Source of the DNA: a virus
Reading direction: 5' to 3' (one strand)
DNA length: 64,000 bases
Virus record (IMG/VR): IMGVR_UViG_3300025117_000038
Span: 53,396 to 117,395 of that record
A program made the translations under genes and the position numbers. Shown piece after piece: positions 59,357-64,000 of the stretch (the first letter of the stretch is position 1; each line of letters starts with the position of its first letter). The notes under the pieces are model-generated. The model searched no databases and had not been told where the DNA came from. It saw only the letters and a program-made list of their open reading frames with translations.

Positions 59357-59612
59357 TAAGAATCTGTTTCCTCTCAAATTTATAAATAGAATATTTTCTT
59401 ATTTGAAAAATGGTAGTGGCGATTATTACAGTCTCAGCAAATCTTCCTATAACCTTTTTTATATTTGTTCCACCACACTGAGAACAAAGCCGAATGTTGG
59501 ATTGAGTAATCCAAAATCCTTCCCCTGACCAATCCCCCCAAGCCTCACCACAATCAAGACATTGATTATATTCTCGATAATCTCCATATTTTAATTCTTT
59601 TCTTATCTTCAT
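59322..59612 (-). CDS. Zn-ribbon hypothetical protein
   Basis: CLDCG...CSQCGG, GAGGAG RBS. Confidence 0.5.
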   Translation of the reverse strand: MKIRKELKYGDYREYNQCLDCGEAWGDWSGEGFWITQSNIRLCSQCGGTNIKKVIGRFAETVIIATTIFQIRKYSIYKFERKQILNDNQIPTEKSK

Positions 59613-59831
59613 TGACTCCTCTCCGTTAACATGTTAAGTGATTGTGGGAACTGATATTAAAATCCCTTTCGTAGGCTAATTTTGGTGTTCTATATATAAA
59701 TACGCAAAAAATCGGGAAAAGGGAGAAAAAAAAATAAAAAAAGTCTGAGTTTAATATAAGATATTGAAACTCAGGCACTTAGTGAACAACTGAATAAGTT
59801 TTCACTTCTTCAGTAAGGAGAACAAAATGAG

Positions 59832-60755
59832 TTATATTTTATTTCTCATAAATTGGATTCCCAAAGTAGTTATAATTCGACCTCTATTAGTTCGTTGAAT
59901 ATATCCACACTGGGCAAGGTAGGGTTCTATCATGTTTATATAGTCATAACGGTCAATATTTAAGGCAGTTGTAAGGGCATCTACTCCAACTGCCCTGCTA
60001 AGACTGCCAGAACCGCTATTAATAAGGTGACGCAAGACAGTAATATCTTGTTGAGTTAACCCATTCTCTTCGATTTTCATTCTCGCAAAGGTTTCAGTAG
60101 CATCAGTTTTCGTGGCATGGGAATGTTTTTGATAAATTGCATAATTGTCGATATTTCTTAAATAATCTCTCCCAATGCGAGGAATTCCCCTTGACCTCTG
60201 AGAAATTTCAACAGCGACTTCATGAATAGCCCCTCTTTGTTCCATCATTTGAGTAATTTCGTTTTCAGGGTAGGGCATTAATTCGTACTTAAGAGGAATT
60301 CTCTCGCGCAAGGGACGTTCCAATGACCCGGCATAATTGGTAGTCGAAATCAGCGTAAAAGGACTGATTGAAAGACCGTCGATTAGGAAATCTTCCAAGG
60401 GAGTGTACAAGACTTCCATAACAGCCTTACTTAATCTATGAATTTCATCAATAAAAAGAATATCACAGGGTTTCAAATCAAACAATAAAAATTTCATTTC
60501 CACATCTGAGTTAATCGACATGGCATTTTTTTCGATGATGTTTACGTTTCTTTCATTGGCAATAATCCTTGCTAAAGTAGTTTTTCCCAGACCCGGAGGC
60601 CCATACATTAATACATGAGGAATCGGCACATCCATGATAGCAGAAGCGGTTACATGAATATTAATATCCTCAATAATTGATGCTTGTCCTATAAAATTAG
60701 AAAACTTTTTAGGTTGATAGTTGTTCACATGTTCTCCTAAGTTTTTGTATTGCAC
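59832..60755 (-). CDS. ruvB: RuvB-like Holliday junction branch-migration ATPase
   Basis: FIGQ, YGPPGLGKTTLA, LFIDEIHRL, EVLY...EDF, RSRGIPR, EPYL...GYIQRT.RGR. Confidence 0.9.
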   Translation of the reverse strand: MQYKNLGEHVNNYQPKKFSNFIGQASIIEDINIHVTASAIMDVPIPHVLMYGPPGLGKTTLARIIANERNVNIIEKNAMSINSDVEMKFLLFDLKPCDILFIDEIHRLSKAVMEVLYTPLEDFLIDGLSISPFTLISTTNYAGSLERPLRERIPLKYELMPYPENEITQMMEQRGAIHEVAVEISQRSRGIPRIGRDYLRNIDNYAIYQKHSHATKTDATETFARMKIEENGLTQQDITVLRHLINSGSGSLSRAVGVDALTTALNIDRYDYINMIEPYLAQCGYIQRTNRGRIITTLGIQFMRNKI

Positions 60756-61224
60756 TCTTTTTTATCTCTTTTATATAAGCGACATCTTTATCGGGGAAAA
60801 ATCTCTGGATAATTTTTGTATGTTGAAGTTTTTCTTGATTAGGATTAAAGTTGTCTTTTCCCTTAGCGATATTTACCCCATATGAATATGCAATAATTTT
60901 AATTTCCTCTGCTGTCAGGGCAGTGACGTTAATAATAGTATCAAGCAATTTTTTACTGTCTTCATTTGCTTCACAGTGGTCTATATCAAGAGACACCAAT
61001 ATAGTTGAATAGAAATACTCTCCATCACGATAGGTTCTTTTGCGACCATACTCTTCTTGGATTCTTTGACCTACTTGTCTTCTAATAAGATTATTCAATG
61101 CCTTCATCCCAATGTTTTGGTATTTCTGCCGAAGAATCCACTCGGCTGTTACAATCATGCCCTTAATCTCATCATACCGATAATCATGAGTCGATGTATA
61201 GTATCGGATAAATTTATTCCACAT
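60709..61224 (-). CDS. Possible sigma-factor-like transcription regulator
   Basis: LTAEEIKIIAYSYG...YIKEIKKSAIQKLRR resembles sigma70 region 4. Confidence 0.45.
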   Translation of the reverse strand: MWNKFIRYYTSTHDYRYDEIKGMIVTAEWILRQKYQNIGMKALNNLIRRQVGQRIQEEYGRKRTYRDGEYFYSTILVSLDIDHCEANEDSKKLLDTIINVTALTAEEIKIIAYSYGVNIAKGKDNFNPNQEKLQHTKIIQRFFPDKDVAYIKEIKKSAIQKLRRTCEQLST

Positions 61225-62290
61225 TATTTTGTTCCTTTATGAAACTTAAAATATGGGTAATTACATCCACCGTCCATCCATTTCCAATCATTTTATATCT
61301 CTGTGTATCACTCATCATTTTTTTGTTAAACGGAACCAATGTATAATTATCGGGAATAGTTTGAAGTCGTTCACATTCCAACGGAGACAATCTTCTCCAT
61401 CGGATATTATTAATAGCTATTTTTGGTTCTCTGTTTCCACCATTCATGGAATTAACGGTAGGACATTTTCCATTAATGTCATAAATTCTTTTTAATATAT
61501 CATGTCCGTTTATATTGGCAATTCCAACTTGTTTGCAATTGTGACTATTTACTTTTACTTTAGGTGCATTTGAGCTTCCTATTCCCCTTCCTCTTATTCC
61601 GGTTCCGGCACTTAATGTTTTTGATTTACCGGAGATATCATATATATTTCCATTCTGACCTGTTTTTGGATAAATATTTCCAACAATGTTAACAGTATTA
61701 TTAATTGGAACATATGAATACTTAAGATAATTTATACTATTATACATTTTATTTTCTTTATCATGTTCAATAATATCCTTAATAAATATATGTTTGTCGG
61801 ATGGGTCAACAATATTGGGAATATTAGTCCAATATAATCGGAATCTATTCTGAGCCGAAACTAATGAAGAGTTTATTTCATGTGGTTCTACTTTCATTAT
61901 TTGTGTAATTGTATCTCTCCATTCTTTTTTCATTCCCACGTTTTCAAGAAGAAAGTAAGTAGGTTTAACCTCTTCCAAAATTCTGACAAATTCAAAAAAC
62001 AGACGACTACGCGGGTCATTAAAATTTAATCCGCTTCCTGATTTTGAGAATCCCTGACAGGGACTGCCACCCATTAAGATATCGATAGTAGGAAGTTTGT
62101 CCGGCTTAATATTACAAACATCTCCAAGCTGTATCGTCTTAGGGTAATGATATTGTGTAACAGCTATGGCGTATCTATCAATTTCACTTGCGTAATAGTT
62201 ATTGATTGGGATTTGTAGCTTATTTAGAGCAATTTGTCCACAGCTTATCCCATCAAATAAACTTAAAACATTCATTTCATCCTGCTCCAT
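61214..62290 (-). CDS. dcm: C5-cytosine DNA methyltransferase
   Basis: LSLFDG, GGSPCQGFS, ENV, QNRFRLYW, ECERLQ, IGNGW. Confidence 0.93.
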   Translation of the reverse strand: MEQDEMNVLSLFDGISCGQIALNKLQIPINNYYASEIDRYAIAVTQYHYPKTIQLGDVCNIKPDKLPTIDILMGGSPCQGFSKSGSGLNFNDPRSRLFFEFVRILEEVKPTYFLLENVGMKKEWRDTITQIMKVEPHEINSSLVSAQNRFRLYWTNIPNIVDPSDKHIFIKDIIEHDKENKMYNSINYLKYSYVPINNTVNIVGNIYPKTGQNGNIYDISGKSKTLSAGTGIRGRGIGSSNAPKVKVNSHNCKQVGIANINGHDILKRIYDINGKCPTVNSMNGGNREPKIAINNIRWRRLSPLECERLQTIPDNYTLVPFNKKMMSDTQRYKMIGNGWTVDVITHILSFIKEQNNVE

Positions 62291-62301
62291 TAATTATACG
62301 C

Positions 62302-62433
62302 TTAATATTTAATTACTGCCAAATCTCCGATAACTGCTTCTGGCATACCGTCATAATGACGATAAATTAACGCTACCCAATCTGTTAGAATAGCATCATC
62401 TTCATAGAAACCAATTTGACATCTTGTGGGCAT
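62302..62433 (-). CDS. 43-aa ORF, short or truncated member of the phage M.TR..I...Y.H.DG.P family
   Basis: MPTRCQIGFYEDD...LIYRHYDGMPEAV, AGGAG RBS. Confidence 0.5.
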   Translation of the reverse strand: MPTRCQIGFYEDDAILTDWVALIYRHYDGMPEAVIGDLAVIKY

Positions 62434-62548
62434 TTGTATTCTCCTTATTATACCTTGTTTCATTTATTATACGCCAATGAGAGAGGAATCAATCAAAAAT
62501 CTTTATCATATACAAAATTAGTCTATATTAATGGAACCACCCCGTTTA

Positions 62549-62657
62549 TAACTTATTGATATTGTTAATGTTACACATGTGGACATTTTTTGGCAACAAA
62601 CACTTTCGAAAATGTAGAAATTAATAATTTTGTAAGTCGTTATTGTTCAATAAATTA
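62549..62657. repeat. Inverted pair of 27-bp motifs in the divergent control region
   Basis: 62549-75 taacttattga-N11-ttaca versus reverse complement of 62631-57 taatttattga-N11-ttaca. Confidence 0.6.
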
Positions 62658-62688
62658 AAAAATTTTTTATTTTTTTTAATTAAGCCTA

Positions 62689-62716
62689 TTGTTTTATGGT
62701 CGATAATCGTTATAAT
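62689..62716 (+). promoter_or_regulatory. Sigma70-like promoter for the ncRNA locus
   Basis: TTGTTT (62689-94), 16-nt spacer, perfect TATAAT (62711-16), preceded by an A/T UP-like tract. Confidence 0.6.
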
Positions 62717-62717
62717 A

Positions 62718-62935
62718 GTGACGCGAAAGCACTTGTTGTTTTGACAACTGAATCAGTCTGTAACGTCATCACTTGCGAGTGGTGGGTTGGCGCATGAAGT
62801 CCGACATACGACAGGCGAACAGATGGATAAAGTTTATCATTGCTTTGATAGCGAAGATATACGAAGCGGTCAGACCGCCTTTTTAGGATAATACAAACGG
62901 TATCTTGGCGCAGAGGATGATAAAAAGAAACCATT
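62718..62935 (+). ncRNA. Structured non-coding RNA domain of unknown class
   Basis: GC-richer than flanks. Stems gc-gaaa-gc, gttgtt/gacaac, gtctgt/acaggc enclosing catcact/agtggtg and gttgg/ccgac; atgg/ccat, tttatcat/atgataaa, aagatat/gtatctt, gcggt/accgc. Confidence 0.55.
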
Positions 62936-62991
62936 AAACAAATGAAAAATTATTAAATTTCATATAAAGATTTTTATTGTAGCACATTCAA

Positions 62992-63065
62992 GGCGGGAAA
63001 TGGTGGTTCGAATCCCCTCTCTCCTTAATTGGGGAGATAATATAATGGATAGTATACCCGCCGTC
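62992..63065 (+). ncRNA. Circularly permuted tRNA-like domain (3' half precedes 5' half; Asp-like)
   Basis: GGCGGG-AAAT-GGTGG-TTCGAAT-CCCC-TCTCTCC, linker TTAATT, then GGGGAGA-TA-ATAT-AATGGATA-GTAT-A-CCCGCC-GTC. Confidence 0.7.
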
Positions 63066-63237
63066 TACACTTGAAAGGACGAAACTTAAAAGATGAAATT
63101 ATGGGGATGAAGTAATGGTAACTTATTGGGCTTTCTGGTTTGTTCACTCAAACTGGTACAATCCCAAGTTGTGAGGTTCGATTCCTCACTCCCCATTATT
63201 TCAATGCATCATAGAGTGTACTGATGAGTCCGATGCA
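63063..63237 (+). ncRNA. Hammerhead-ribozyme-like core in non-circularly permuted strand order (cleavage site, GAAA, CUGAUGA)
   Basis: GTC-TACACT (63063-71) pairs with AGTGTA-CTGATGA (63215-27). GTCC (63228-31) pairs with GGAC-GAAAC (63077-85). Confidence 0.65.
63101..63196 (+). tRNA. tRNA-like gene with a 32-nt hairpin-containing insert in place of the 7-nt anticodon loop
   Basis: ATGGGGA/TCCCCAT acceptor, AAGT-AATGGTA-ACTT D arm, TTGGG/CCCAA anticodon stem, GTGAGG-TTCGATT-CCTCAC T arm. No encoded CCA and no assignable anticodon. Confidence 0.65.
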
Positions 63238-63241
63238 AAAG

Positions 63242-63417
63242 AGAATTGAGTGCATCTGAAAACGGGGTGTAAGTATCTTCCATAGCAGAGGGGTGCAAAT
63301 GCACTATGCGTTTCAAACGGGTAATATAATCGGGTGCGTCCTCGCCCGAATGGATACGGCCTCACCATTCAATACGAATGGCTCGGACTACGAGAACCGA
63401 GGGATGCACTCAATTCT
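63242..63417 (+). ncRNA. Multibranch RNA domain closed by a perfect 15-bp stem
   Basis: agaattgagtgcatc (63242-56)/gatgcactcaattct (63403-17). Inner stems gtgca/tgcac, ccattc/gaatgg, ctcgg/ccgag. Confidence 0.6.
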
Positions 63418-63430
63418 TTATTTCGATTAT

Positions 63431-63587
63431 GCCCTTGTAGCTCAGTGGTAGAGCGCATCGTATGTATGGTATATGTACATATATCGTAGATACAGTCGTC
63501 CCGTAAGACGACAGGTGGTCAAAGGTAGGGAAGTAGTAATGCATGACGAAACCCTATCAAGCGTAGGTTCGAATCCTATCGAGGGCA
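63431..63587 (+). tRNA. tRNA-like gene (Thr-like body) with 108 nt of structured sequence replacing anticodon and variable arms
   Basis: GCCCTTG/CGAGGGC acceptor plus discriminator A, GCTC-AGTGGTA-GAGC D arm, GTAGG-TTCGAAT-CCTAT T arm. Confidence 0.7.
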
Positions 63588-63642
63588 TCCTTTTTAAGAT
63601 AATATAAATTAAATCTGATACAAAACCTTACAGGAGAATGTT

Positions 63643-63846
63643 ATGAAAGACACAAGTTACGAAAAATTTCTTGCGATTCGCAAGAATCTTGCTGAAATAG
63701 TCGATATTTCATATCGACTTGGTTCGCGTCAATATAATAGCGATAGGAGTCTTCAAACTTCTATTAAGAGATTGACGAAAAAATTGGGTGAAAAAATTAC
63801 CGAACAACAGGTAAACGAAATCATTGATGGTGTAATAACATCTTAA
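63643..63846 (+). CDS. Small hypothetical (early) protein
   Basis: AGGAG RBS, 67-aa ORF. Confidence 0.55.
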   Translation: MKDTSYEKFLAIRKNLAEIVDISYRLGSRQYNSDRSLQTSIKRLTKKLGEKITEQQVNEIIDGVITS

Positions 63847-63857
63847 AAGGAGACAAA

Positions 63858-64000
63858 ATGTTACCATGTATTTTTTTTCAAACTCCAAAGACAATTATTC
63901 TTCACAATGAAAATTATCCCTATATTGAGCGATTGGACAATATAATAGGGATTGAAGAATATGGACACCCAAAAGGAGAATATACTTTTCACTTGAAAAA
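63858..64000 (+). CDS. Hypothetical protein, 3' truncated by window end
   Basis: AAGGAG RBS; MLPCIFFQTPKTIILHNENY... is open to the end. Confidence 0.5.
   Translation, partial: MLPCIFFQTPKTIILHNENYPYIERLDNIIGIEEYGHPKGEYTFHLK

Noticed and set aside
62992-63030. tRNA 3' fragment as an attP core
   Set aside because: No integrase in the window, and the matching 5' half follows immediately, which favours a permuted gene. Not fully excluded without the rest of the genome.
63330-63370. TCCTCGC resembling the HDV/theta ribozyme L3 loop
   Set aside because: I could not build matching P1, P1.1 and P2 helices around it.
63242-63417. Retron msr-msd suggested by the 15-bp inverted repeat
   Set aside because: No long msd hairpin and no reverse transcriptase in the window.
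63541-63556. Second GACGAAAC as the GAAA strand of a conventional type III hammerhead with 63063 and 63221
   Set aside because: Stem II would be bulged, span ~300 nt and disrupt the third tRNA-like domain. This GAA is better explained as half of a local AGUA/GAA loop-E hairpin. The GGAC at 63077 gives a perfect stem II.
63431-63587. tmRNA or intron-containing tRNA
   Set aside because: It has a full D stem and no tag ORF or CCA. The insert is too short for group I and no clear BHB is seen.
1122-63894. Numerous short antisense or nested ORFs in the six-frame track (e.g. 1360-1788, 11053-11418, 48921-49346, 62710-62934)
   Set aside because: They lie opposite or inside well-supported genes or structured RNA and show no recognisable motifs.
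1-64000. Genome-wide stop-codon reassignment
   Set aside because: Long genes are intact in the standard code, and TAA, TAG and TGA all end genes that are followed by new RBS/start codons.

Overview
A 64-kb AT-rich segment of a large tailed dsDNA phage (Caudoviricetes, probably siphovirus-like: long tape measure, no sheath gene seen), read in the standard genetic code. The + strand (1-42.5 kb) is the virion arm. It runs portal (5' truncated), prohead protease, scaffold, major capsid protein, a ~16-kb block of accessory or decoration genes, head-tail connectors, major tail protein, tail chaperones, tape measure, tail tip/fibre and an amidase endolysin. The accessory block includes two 14-aa-repeat proteins flanking two signal-peptide proteins. 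The - strand (42.5-62.4 kb) is the replication and DNA-metabolism arm. It holds a domain-permuted primase, RuvC, HD proteins, a PD-(D/E)XK nuclease, DnaE with an HNH intein, a SpoVG-fold protein with an SSB-type tail, DnaB, Rad52-like SSAP, a glycosyltransferase, dCMP deaminase, a DnaX-like clamp loader, RuvB lacking its RuvA-binding hairpin and DNA methyltransferases. The most striking element is the ~870-nt non-coding locus at 62.72-63.59 kb behind a sigma70-like promoter. It contains a circularly permuted tRNA-like domain whose open anticodon arm ends exactly at the GUC cleavage triplet of a non-circularly permuted hammerhead-like core. A second tRNA-like domain with a lengthened anticodon arm is nested inside that core. 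A 15-bp-stem-closed domain and a third tRNA-like domain with a 108-nt structured insert follow. All protein calls are by motif recognition and gene order, and all RNA structures were paired by eye. No database search or folding program was run.
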